Below are positions 8,721 through 17,890 of a stretch of DNA of 64,000 nucleotides, one piece after another (position 1 is the first letter of the stretch; every line of letters starts with the position of its first letter). Position numbers and translations under genes: made by a program. The notes under the pieces were generated by a model. It did no database searches, had not been told where the DNA came from, and was given only the letters and a program-made list of their open reading frames with translations. The DNA comes from Alphaproteobacteria bacterium (GTDB lineage Bacteria > Pseudomonadota > Alphaproteobacteria > MPNO01 > UBA830). Location: assembly GCA_965243135.1 (NCBI GenBank), contig OZ251539.1:960001-1024000 (forward strand), written 5' to 3'.

Positions 8721-10187
8721 GTGAACGTTGTGAATTCAAAAACGAGTCCGACCGGACCGGATGCGCAGCGGTCCATTCTCGACAGGGCGTCGCTGACGAC
8801 CGCCGCGCTCGCCTTGGCTGCTTTCGTCCTCTGCGGAGGATCGGCTTTCGTCCTCTACCCGGGAAATGCGCAGGCGTCGCACAGTTGCGGCGAAGAACAT
8901 CCACCAGTCGAACCAGGCCATCGGCAGCATAGGTGCAGGGGCCGCCTTCTAGTAGACAACAGCGGCTTAATAGAAGGGGAAGATGCTATAGATTTCGGGG
9001 AAGGTGGAGGCCAGCTCATCAACCGTGAAGGTGGGCGCATAAAGGGAGACATCGTGGTCGACGAAGACGAAGATGTCAAGGTGATCGTGGAGCTGCCGGA
9101 AGACGATCCATCGCTGGATGCGTATAAAGAGGCGGTGGAAGGCGATCTCATCGGCATTGACGAAGTGGTTGTCCGCGCCGGCGACAAGGAGAGCACGCTG
9201 CCCGTTGTGGATGGCCAGCCCGTCGGCCTGCCGCCGAGGCCGGAGGCAAAGGAAGAGGAAGAACCTTCGGACGCCGACTTCGCTTGCGACGGGGTGGATC
9301 ATTGCCGCCTCTACGAGGCGCTGCCGTCGGCGCTGCTGGCCATGAACGGGCTGCCGACCTACGGGGAGCGCATGGCGGCGGCGCGGGACGCCGCTGGCGG
9401 CTGGGCGCGGATCGACGGCGCGGGCGGCGAGTGGAAGGCGAAGAGTTCGACGCCCTCGACGCCGCCGAACGCGGCCTTCGACTACCGCCGGTACGGCGTG
9501 CAGGCGGGGGTGGATTTCGCCGTTGGCGGCGACGGGCGGTTCGGCGTGTCGGTGCGCGGGCTGCGGGGCTCGGCCGAGATGGCGGGTTCCGGCGGCGAGA
9601 TCGATCTGTCCGGGGTCGGCGCGGGCGCGCACGGGACGGCGTTCCTCGGCGGCGGCTTCCACGTGGACGCGCAGGCGATGGCGACCTGGTACGACGTCAA
9701 GCTGACTTCCGGGACGAACGAGGTTCTGAAGGACGGCGCGAAGGGGCTGGGGCTGGCTCTCGGCCTCGAGGCCGGGCGGCGGACGGAAGTGGGCCGCGGC
9801 CTGACCGTGACGCCCGGCGCCGGTCTGGCGTGGTCGGACGTGTCCCTGGACTTCACGGACGCGATGGGCACCCCGTTCTCCGTGGAAGACGCGCAAAGCC
9901 TGGAAGGCCGCGCCGGATTGCGGGTCGAGGCGCGGATGGAGGACGGCCTGCGGCTGTCCGGTTCGGTGCAAGCGACGCGCGAGTTCTCGGACGAGAAGTC
10001 GGCGAAGGCGTCCAGGGAGTCGCTGAAGACGACCGAAGCGCAAAAGACCGGCGTTCGCGTCGGGTTCGGCGGCTCGCGCAGCTGGGAGGACGGCCGGTAT
10101 ACGCTGCGGGCCGACGCGGGATACGCGGCGCGCGGCAGCGGCAACGGCGCGTTCAACGGCGGCGTCAGCTTGGCCTACCGCTTCTGA
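8721..10187 (+). CDS. Autotransporter outer-membrane beta-barrel protein with short passenger
   Basis: Extended signal peptide, CRLYEALPSALL linker, GGWAR, amphipathic beta-strands, C-terminal SLAYRF; start uncertain. Confidence 0.82.
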   Translation: MNVVNSKTSPTGPDAQRSILDRASLTTAALALAAFVLCGGSAFVLYPGNAQASHSCGEEHPPVEPGHRQHRCRGRLLVDNSGLIEGEDAIDFGEGGGQLINREGGRIKGDIVVDEDEDVKVIVELPEDDPSLDAYKEAVEGDLIGIDEVVVRAGDKESTLPVVDGQPVGLPPRPEAKEEEEPSDADFACDGVDHCRLYEALPSALLAMNGLPTYGERMAAARDAAGGWARIDGAGGEWKAKSSTPSTPPNAAFDYRRYGVQAGVDFAVGGDGRFGVSVRGLRGSAEMAGSGGEIDLSGVGAGAHGTAFLGGGFHVDAQAMATWYDVKLTSGTNEVLKDGAKGLGLALGLEAGRRTEVGRGLTVTPGAGLAWSDVSLDFTDAMGTPFSVEDAQSLEGRAGLRVEARMEDGLRLSGSVQATREFSDEKSAKASRESLKTTEAQKTGVRVGFGGSRSWEDGRYTLRADAGYAARGSGNGAFNGGVSLAYRF

Positions 10188-10629
10188 AACCGCGGCAGCG
10201 CGCCTCCCCGGTTTCGGCGCTCCGTAGCGTCAGGCGCGGTCTCGGCGGCGGGCAGGGCGGCCGCTCCGCTCGCCCGGGGATCGCAGCAGCCCGACGGTTT
10301 CGCAGCGGCAGGATCGAGCGTTTCTCGGCCGTCGGTTCGTTCGTCGGGTCCGGTGCGGCGGTTCGGTGCGCCAAGCGGCTTCGCCCGGCGGAAAGGTGCC
10401 GTCGCGAGCGTCGCCCGGCTCTTCGTGGACGGCGGCCGGGGTGCCCGCCTGACGGGACCGACGGAATGCCAGCTGCCTTCGCGACGGAGATTGCCGACCG
10501 CGCGCTTCGGCGTCGACAGGAGGAGACTCGAAGAACGGCGCGGGAAGATTGGTTTGGTTTTGAGCGTTGTCCGCCAACGTGGTCTATAGGTTTCCGGTTC
10601 GTCTCGACAACCGGGGTTTCGGGGTTCCC

Positions 10630-11142
10630 ATGCAATTTCTGAAACGCGCCGCGGTTTTCGCAGCGATGCCTTTCTTTCTTGCCGTGGCGCCGGTGGGCGC
10701 GAACGCGGACAACGAATGCGATTCCCCCGTGAACGGGGAAACTTCATGCCCGAACCGAGGTTCTTCGGTCCGGTCGGTGATCATCATCAATGGCGAGGTG
10801 ATCGGCGGCAATTCCGAGGGGGGCGCGGCCGTGAAGCTGACCGGCGGCGGCAGCGTCATCGTCGGTCCGAAGGGCCGTTTGAACGCCGACGGGGCGCCCT
10901 TCGCGATCAGGGGCGACGGCGCCGCGACCCAAGTGACCGTGCTCCAGGATCCCGATCTCGCCGACGATGGGCGCCTCACGAAGCAGGGCGTCGACGATGC
11001 GCTGGAAAGATTGGGCGCGGTCGGCGGCGTCGACGCCGTCGCCGTTCGGGCTGGCGAGGCGGGTTCGACCGGCGCCGACTACGAGAGGCGCGGGACGGTC
11101 GGCGATGACGGCAGCGTCAGCGTCGACGCCACGGGTCTTTAG
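10630..11142 (+). pseudogene. Secreted autotransporter-passenger-like fragment lacking a barrel
   Basis: Signal peptide MQFLKRAAVFAA..ANA and Gly-rich GEVIGG..AAVKLTGGGSVIVGPKGRL passenger-like strands; ends just before a repeat element. Confidence 0.5.
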
Positions 11143-11197
11143 GAAGGCCCTCCGCAGGCGACTTCCAGGTCGGGCGTCGAACGCGCTCGTCTCAGCG

Positions 11198-11309
11198 GGG
11201 CAGGATTTCTGCGGAGCGACAGGTTCGCTCGCCCCCGCGCTTTTCCCCGCCGTACCGCTGCGAAAACTGCCGGCTGCTTGCCGCGCCACAGGGGACGCGG
11301 ACAGGCCTG
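11198..11309. repeat. About 115-bp dispersed repeat, copy upstream of AAA copy B
   Basis: gggcaggattt..ggagcgacag.ttcgctcgc..ccggctgcttg..gacaggcctg also at 16039-16157. Confidence 0.75.
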
Positions 11310-11323
11310 CCGCCGCCGACTCC

Positions 11324-11352
11324 TTGACGGCTCCGGCGCGGCGGCCTACTCT
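11324..11352 (+). promoter_or_regulatory. Sigma70-type promoter, probably giving a leaderless mRNA
   Basis: TTGACG-17nt-TACTCT ending 6 nt before ATG 11359; no SD sequence. Confidence 0.6.
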
Positions 11353-11358
11353 CTTCCG

Positions 11359-12894
11359 ATGGCGAAACGCATGCTTCCGATCGGCATGACCTCCCTCCGG
11401 AAAATCCGGGGGATGGACTGCTACTACGTCGACAAGACGGACCATGTCCGCCGCCTTGTCGAGGGTGGTCAATATTATTTTCTGTCGCGTCCGCGCCGGT
11501 TCGGCAAGACCCTCCTGGTGGACACGCTGCAGAAGCTGTTCGAGGGAAGCGAGGAGTTGTTCCGGGGCCTCGCCGTGCACGGCAAGTGGGACTGGTCGAC
11601 GCGCCATCCTGTCGTGCGGATCAGCTTCGGCGGGGGCAATTTCGACTCTCCGGACCACATTCGGAGAAACGTGGAGGACCAGTTGGAGGAAACGGAGCGG
11701 CTGGCCGGCCTCGAACCGGGCCCCGCCGAGGCGTCGGTTCGTTTCCGGCGCCTGATAAGGACGCTGCACGAGCGCACCGGGCAGCGGACGGTCGTTCTGG
11801 TGGACGAGTACGACAAGCCAATTCTGGACGCGCTCGGCGACCGGGAACTGGCGCTGGCCAACCGCGATTTCCTGCGCGGCTTCTACGCGATGATCAAGGA
11901 GTGCGACGAGCAGCTCCGCTTCGTTTTCCTGACGGGGGTGAGCAAGTTCTCGAAAGCGGGCCTGTTCTCGGGCCTGAACAACCTGAACGACATCACGCTG
12001 GACGAGCGCTACGGCGCTATTTGCGGTTGTACGGACGCGGAACTGGACGCGGTCTTCGCCCCGGAACTGGAGGGCCTGGACCGGGACGAAATCCGGCACT
12101 GGTACAACGGCTACAACTGGCTCGGACCGGAGAAGGTCTACAATCCGTTCGGCCTCCTGCTGTTGTTCGACAAACGCAAGTTCGGCAACTACTGGTTCCA
12201 TAGCGGCACGCCGACCTTCCTGGTCGAGACGCTGGCGCGCCGCGACCTGCCCACTCCCGACCTGGACGGCATGACCGGCAGCGAGAGCCTGCTCTCGACC
12301 TTCGACGTGGACAATATCTCGGTCGAGGCGCTTCTGTTCCAGACCGGCTACCTCACCATCGCGGGCGAGGAGGACGGGCGCTACCGGCTGGACTACCCGA
12401 ACCTCGAAGTGCGCCAGAGCCTGGGCGAGGCCCTGCTGGAAGAACTGCTCCCGGTCGAGGCCCGCAAGAAGACGGGGCGCCTGCGGCTAGGCGAATTGCT
12501 GGAAGCGAACGACTTCGAACGCATCGGGACCTTGTTCCGCGGCGTCTTCGCCGCCATCCCGCACCAGTGGTACATGAACAGCCCGGTCGCGAAGTACGAG
12601 GCCCACTACGCGAGCGTCATCCACAGCTGCTTCCTGATGGAGGGCCTCGAGCCGGTCGCGGAGGACAGCGGCAGCCGGGGGCGCGCCGACATGGCGGTCC
12701 GCGCCGGCGGGCGCGTCTACCTGTTCGAGTTCAAGGTGGTGGAGCGCGGGCGGGAGGGAACCGCGCTCGCGCAGTTGCGGGAGAAGGGCTACGCGGACAA
12801 GTACCGCCGTCTCGGTCGTTCGGTCCACCTGATCGGGGTGGAGTTCAGTCGCGAAGAGCGCAACGTCGTCGGGTTCGATTGCGAGACCGCCTGA
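11359..12894 (+). CDS. AAA-ATPase-like plus C-terminal PD-(D/E)XK nuclease protein (intact copy B)
   Basis: LPIG, YYVDKT, SRPRRFGKT Walker A, LVDEYDKP Walker B, FLTGVSKFSK, YNGY, GRADM..YLFEFK nuclease motif. Confidence 0.92.
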   Translation: MAKRMLPIGMTSLRKIRGMDCYYVDKTDHVRRLVEGGQYYFLSRPRRFGKTLLVDTLQKLFEGSEELFRGLAVHGKWDWSTRHPVVRISFGGGNFDSPDHIRRNVEDQLEETERLAGLEPGPAEASVRFRRLIRTLHERTGQRTVVLVDEYDKPILDALGDRELALANRDFLRGFYAMIKECDEQLRFVFLTGVSKFSKAGLFSGLNNLNDITLDERYGAICGCTDAELDAVFAPELEGLDRDEIRHWYNGYNWLGPEKVYNPFGLLLLFDKRKFGNYWFHSGTPTFLVETLARRDLPTPDLDGMTGSESLLSTFDVDNISVEALLFQTGYLTIAGEEDGRYRLDYPNLEVRQSLGEALLEELLPVEARKKTGRLRLGELLEANDFERIGTLFRGVFAAIPHQWYMNSPVAKYEAHYASVIHSCFLMEGLEPVAEDSGSRGRADMAVRAGGRVYLFEFKVVERGREGTALAQLREKGYADKYRRLGRSVHLIGVEFSREERNVVGFDCETA

Positions 12895-13348
12895 AGCCGG
12901 ACGAGGTCCCGTTCGGACACGGCCGCCTCCGCGAAAGAACGCCGTCCGCGAGGCGGGTCCGGCCTGCGCTCCGTCGAAGGCGGCAGCTGGCTCGTCGCCT
13001 CGTGCGCTTGCGGCTTGACGGGACGCCCCGCCGAGGAGGCCGCCTCGGGGCCGGCGGCGTCTCCCTGCAGGCGCTCGCGGCCGGGCGCGCGCCCCTTCAA
13101 GTTTGAAGCGCAACGCGCGTGGTGGCTGACCGACCGTTTTCATGTTGCGGAGAGGTCAGGCGGATGAGTTCAAAAACGGAGGCCAACGCCTGCCATCACC
13201 GTTTCCGGTTTCGCTTTTGCGAGCCGCTTCGGTTGATGGCTTCGAACCAGCCCATGGAGGTTCGGCGGCGGAAGTCCGCTCGCTCGACCGGACGACGCTC
13301 TCGTTCGACGGAGCCGTTGCCTGACGTTCAGGCGTTTCGCCGCTTGCG

Positions 13349-13438
13349 GCGCATGTCGTCGCGCGCGCGGGTCTCCGGGCGGCACTGATGTCGATATTCC
13401 AGACATGGAGCGCATGTCGTCGCGCGCACGGGTCTCCG
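13349..13438. repeat. Two 29-bp direct repeats, 61-bp period
   Basis: gcgcatgtcgtcgcgcgc(g/a)cgggtctccg at 13349 and 13410. Confidence 0.8.
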
Positions 13439-13527
13439 TCGCCGAACCAACTGCAGGTATGGCGGCGAGGCGTGCCGCGACGATCGTCGTTGGATGCGCG
13501 CGGCTTTCCCTGGCGAGGGCGCTTGCC

Positions 13528-15882
13528 CTGCCTGTCGCCCACAAATCGGGTGTTGACACGGTGAGTCTGATTCGGTACCGTGCGGGACATGGAGGTCCAG
13601 AATCAAGTCATCCGCACTCTTCGGAGCGATCTTGTCCGGCTGCAAGGGCTGACCGGGGACGGGGGCAGTCGCGGCCAACTGGTCGACCGGGTCTGCGCGG
13701 CGTTCGGGTTTCGGGACGGGCGCGGTCGCTGGCAGCGCGTGACTTGCCGGAAAGCGCTGACCGCGCTGGAAGCGGAAGGACACATTTCGCTTCCGCCGCG
13801 CCGTACCGCTCGCTGTGGCCAGCGACGCGTCGCCGATCCGGTGCCGCCGGCGCGCGACGTGCCGGACGCGGTCTGCGCGGTCGAGGATTTGGAGCTGGTC
13901 CTGGTGACGGATGCGCGGCAGCGCGCGATCTGGGACGGGTTGATGACGCACGAGCATCCGTGCGGCGCAGGGCCTTTCGTGGGCTGCCAGGTACGTTACC
14001 TGGTGGGGTCGGCGCATGGCTGGCTGGGAGCCGTGGGGTTTGCCTCTTCCGCCCGTTGGCTGGCCTGCCGCGACCGCTGGATTGGCTGGAACGACGACAA
14101 GCGGCGCGCTTGTTTGCACCGGGTCGCGTGCCTGTCGCGTTTTCTGATCCGTCCCGGCATCGAGTGCCGGAATCTCGCCTCGCACGTCCTGGGGCAAACA
14201 GTATGCATGGCGGGAGACGATTTCGAGGTGCGCTACGGCTATCGGCCCTATTTGCTGGAGACCTTCGTCGACGAGGAGAAGCATACGGGGGCGATCTTCC
14301 GTTCCGCGAACTGGCAGCATGTGGGGAAGACCAGTGGTCGCCGAAGGGGTGCGGCGAAGGCACCGAAAGCGGTGTACATGTACGAACTGGACGCAGGATG
14401 GCGGGAACGTCTGCACATTCCCGAACCGCGTCTTGCGCCTCTGAAGGTCGGGGCCGGTCTCGATCGGGAGAGCTGGGCGGAACAGGAGTTCAGCGGCGCA
14501 CCGCTGGGGGATGCACGCCTGAGCGCACGCCTGGTGACTTGCGCCCGGCATCAGGCGGAAGCGCCGATGCGGGCGTTCACGGGCGCAGCGAGGGGAGATC
14601 AAGCCTTGATCAAGGCTTATTACCGTTTCATCGACAAGCCGGACAACGAGGCGGTGACGGTGGAGAACATCATGCAACCGCACCGTCGCCGGACGCTGCA
14701 GCGGATGCAGGGAGAGAAGACGGTGCTGTGCGTGCAGGATGGCAGCACGCTGAACTTCGCGAAGCGCGGCAAGACCGAAGGGTTGGGAATCATCGGCAGG
14801 AACCAGACCGCCGCCGCCGCCCGGGGCTTGCACTTGCATGCGACTCTTGCGGTGAACGCCGACGGGTTGCCGCTGGGAGTTCTGCGGGCGGCGTTCGACG
14901 CCCCACAGCCGGGCGCGGAGAAGGACAAGCCTCGCGAGGAGAAGAAGTCGTACCGGTGGATCGAGGGTCTTCGCGACAGCGCCGCGGCCGCTGCGGCACT
15001 CGATGGCGTGCAGGTCGTCGGCGTCATGGATCGGGAAGCAGACTTCGTCGACCTGTTCGTCGAGCGCCGCGAGCGGACGCCGGGAGTGGAACTCCTGGTG
15101 CGGGCGAAGACGAACCGCGTTCTTGGAAAGGACGACGCCGACAAGCTGTTCGACAAGGTGCGGAAAAGTCCAGCGCAAGGCAAGCTGGTCATCGAGGTCA
15201 AGCGTCTGAGCGCACGAATCAAGGCCAGCAAGCAGGCCGCAAAGGCAATGCGACCGGCCCGCCAGGCTACGGTCAGGCTGCGCTACCTCAAGGTCGAGCT
15301 GCCGGCGAAGGGCAAGGCGCCTGTCGAGATGACGATCGTGCACGTCCGCGAGGAAAACCCGCCGGCGGACGACGAACGGCTGGAATGGTTCCTGCTGACG
15401 ACGCTGCCGGTCGAGAGTGCCGTGGACGCCGAACGCATCCTGATGTGGTACGGCCTGCGCTGGCGCATCGAAGATTACTTTCGCGTCTTGAAGTCCGGCT
15501 GCAAGATCGAGGAACTCGAGAACCGGACGGCCGAGCGCCTTCAGCGCGCCGCAGCCATCAATATGGTCGTCGCCTGGCGGATTCACCTGATGGCCCGCCT
15601 CGGACGGGAACTGCCCGATCTGCCGCCCGAGATCCTGTTCTCGGACGTCGAACTCCAGGTGCTGGCGCTGTTCGCCAAATCGCGACGCAAGGACGCGCCG
15701 AAAAATCTTGGAGAGGCTGTCTTCCTGGTCGCCGCCCTCGGCGGCTACATCAAGCGCAAGCGGGACCCGCCAGGCGCGGAAGTAATGTGGAACGGCTACC
15801 TCCAACTCGCCGCAATGGCTTTTCACCAGGAACTTCGGGATGAATATTGTTAGTCTAGCATCGATTTGTGGGGGACAGGCAG
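13528..15882 (+). mobile_element. Complete IS4-family (IS50/Tn5-like) insertion sequence, 2355 bp
   Basis: TIRs ctgcctgtcgcccacaaatcg (13528-13548) and cgatttgtgggggacaggcag (15862-15882), 20/21 match; CGCTTGCC duplicated at 13520-13527 and 15883-15890. Confidence 0.93.
13580..15853 (+). CDS. IS4-family DDE transposase with N-terminal DUF4338 (DruA-like) domain
   Basis: LGDARLSARL, VLCVQDGS, VMDREAD and Y..RWRIEDYFRVLKSGC (YREK) motifs; N-terminal RDRWIGW..SRFLIRP..NLAS..LLETFVD. Confidence 0.9.
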   Translation: MRDMEVQNQVIRTLRSDLVRLQGLTGDGGSRGQLVDRVCAAFGFRDGRGRWQRVTCRKALTALEAEGHISLPPRRTARCGQRRVADPVPPARDVPDAVCAVEDLELVLVTDARQRAIWDGLMTHEHPCGAGPFVGCQVRYLVGSAHGWLGAVGFASSARWLACRDRWIGWNDDKRRACLHRVACLSRFLIRPGIECRNLASHVLGQTVCMAGDDFEVRYGYRPYLLETFVDEEKHTGAIFRSANWQHVGKTSGRRRGAAKAPKAVYMYELDAGWRERLHIPEPRLAPLKVGAGLDRESWAEQEFSGAPLGDARLSARLVTCARHQAEAPMRAFTGAARGDQALIKAYYRFIDKPDNEAVTVENIMQPHRRRTLQRMQGEKTVLCVQDGSTLNFAKRGKTEGLGIIGRNQTAAAARGLHLHATLAVNADGLPLGVLRAAFDAPQPGAEKDKPREEKKSYRWIEGLRDSAAAAAALDGVQVVGVMDREADFVDLFVERRERTPGVELLVRAKTNRVLGKDDADKLFDKVRKSPAQGKLVIEVKRLSARIKASKQAAKAMRPARQATVRLRYLKVELPAKGKAPVEMTIVHVREENPPADDERLEWFLLTTLPVESAVDAERILMWYGLRWRIEDYFRVLKSGCKIEELENRTAERLQRAAAINMVVAWRIHLMARLGRELPDLPPEILFSDVELQVLALFAKSRRKDAPKNLGEAVFLVAALGGYIKRKRDPPGAEVMWNGYLQLAAMAFHQELRDEYC

Positions 15883-16038
15883 CGCTTGCCTTCGCGTTGC
15901 GTCGGCTCTGGTTTCCGCGGCGAGGGCGTCGACCTTGCTGGCGGTGCCGGCCGTCGGCGTTCGCTTCCGCCTGACGGCCTCCTGGCCGCGCGTTGAGCGT
16001 GTCGGACGTGCTTGCAACCATGGTCGCTTACTGCGGGC

Positions 16039-16157
16039 GGGCAGGATTTCCCCGGAGCGACAGATTCGCTCGCCTCCGCGCTTTCCCCCGCCGGCCGCCT
16101 GTACCGCCGCGGAAGCTGCCGGCTGCTTGTCACGCGATACAGAGCGGGACAGGCCTG
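16039..16157. repeat. About 115-bp dispersed repeat, copy downstream of the IS
   Basis: Homologous to 11198-11309 in the same orientation. Confidence 0.75.
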
Positions 16158-16408
16158 GTCGCGAAGTGCCGCGGCGACGTTCTCTCGCCGGCCCGTGGCG
16201 CGTCCCTTTCGCCGGGCTTTCGCCCGGCGCGTCCGTTCGCCGCAGGGGCGGCGTCCGGCCCCGAGTTCCCTGCGGCCTCCTCGGAGGGGCTCCCGTCGAA
16301 CCGCTGGCGCGCAAGGCGACGAACCGGCTGCTGCCGCAGGCCGAATCCGCGTCGCGGGCGGCGTTCTTTCGCGGAGGCGGCCGTGTCCGAACGGGACCTC
16401 GTCCGGCT

Positions 16409-17890
16409 TCAGGCGGCCTCGCAGCCGACGACGTTGCGCTCCTCGCGGCTGAACTCCACCAGGTGGACCGAACGCCCGAGACGGCGGTACTTGTCCGCGT
16501 AGCCCTTCTCCCGCAACTGCGCGATCGCGATCCCCTCCCGTCCGCGCTCCACCACCTTGAGCTCGAACAGGTAGACGCGCCCGTCGGCGCGGACCGCCAT
16601 GTCGGCGCGCCCCCGGCTGCCGCTGTCCTCCGCGACCGGCTCGAAGCCCTTCAAGCAGCTGGACGCTCGCGTAGTGGGCCGCGTACTTCGCGACGGGGCT
16701 GTTCAGGTACCACTGGTGCGGGGCGAAGACGCCGCGGAACAGGGTCCCGAGGCGCTCGAAGTCGTTCGCCTCCAGCAGTTCGCCTAGCCGCAGGCGCGCC
16801 GTCTTCTTGCGCGCCTCGACCGGGAGCAGCTCTCCCAGCAGGGCCTCGCCCAGGCTCCGGCGCACCTCGAGGTTCGGGTAGTCCAGTCGGTAGCGCCCGT
16901 CCTCCTCGCCGGTGATGGTGAGGTAGCCGGTCTGGAACAGAAGCGCCTCGACATTGTCCACGTCGAAGGCCGAGAGCAGGCTCTCGCTGCCGATCATGCC
17001 GTCCAGGTCGGGCGTGGGCAGGTCGCGGCGCGTCAGCGTCTCGACCAGGAAGGTCGGCGTGCCGCTATGGAACCAGTAGTTGCCGAACTTGCGTTTGTCG
17101 AACAGCAGCAGGAGGCCGAACGGGTTGTAGACCTTCTCCGGTCCGAGCCAGTTGTAGCCGTTGTAGAAGCGCCGGACCTTCTCCCGGTCCAGGCCCTCCA
17201 GTTCCGGGGCGAAGACCGCGTCCAGCTCCGCTTCGGTGTAACCGCAGATGGCGCCGTAGCGCTCGTCCAGCGTGATGTCGTTCAGGTTGTTCAGGCCCGA
17301 GAACAGGCCCGATAACTTGCTCACCCCCGTCAGGAAAACGAAACGGAGCTGCTCGTCGCAATCCTTGATCGCCCCGTACAGGTCGCGCAGAAAGTCCCGG
17401 TTGGCCCGCGCCAGTTCCCGGTCGCCGAGCGCGGACCGGCTTGTCGTACTCGTCCACCAGCACGACCGCCCGCTGCCCGGTGCGCTCGTGCAGCGTCAGG
17501 CGCCGGAAACGGATCGCCGCCCCGGCGGGGCCCGGTTCGAGGCCGGCCTGCATCTCCGTCTTTTCCAGCTGCGCTTCCACGGTTTCCCGAACGCGGTCCG
17601 GGACGACGAAATTGCGCCCGCCGAAGCTGAGCCGCACGACGGCGCGCCGACCAGTCCCACTTGCCGTGCACGGCGAGGCCCCGGAACAACTCCTCGCTTC
17701 CCTCGAACAGCCTCTGCAGCGTGTCCACCAACAGGGTCTTGCCGAACCGGCGCGGACGCGACAGGAAATAGTAATCGCCCCCTTCGACGAGGCGGCGCAA
17801 ATGGTCCGTCTTGTCGACGTAGTAGCAGTCCCTCGTCCGGATTTTCCAGAGGGAGGTCATGCCGACCGGAAGCATGCGTTTCGTCAGAGA
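16409..17890 (-). pseudogene. Full-length degenerate AAA-ATPase/PD-(D/E)XK gene (copy C), inverted relative to copy B
   Basis: Collinear with 11359-12894 across four ORF fragments; start codon and part of the promoter spacer deleted; many 5-6-bp deletions. Confidence 0.92.

Noticed and set aside
13349-13438. CRISPR array call
   Set aside because: Only two repeats, a non-canonical repeat sequence and no cas genes; kept only as a low-score finding
13328-16021. 897-aa minus and 812-aa plus ORFs over the transposase
   Set aside because: Shadow frames typical of high-GC DNA; Arg/Gly/Pro-rich with no motifs
670-17890. Diversity-generating retroelement template/variable repeat interpretation of the AAA copies
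   Set aside because: No reverse transcriptase in the window; differences are short deletions and scattered substitutions, not adenine-specific substitutions
16409-17890. Programmed frameshifting or split-gene reading of copy C
   Set aside because: Start codon and promoter spacing are lost, and there are several frameshifts without slippery sequences
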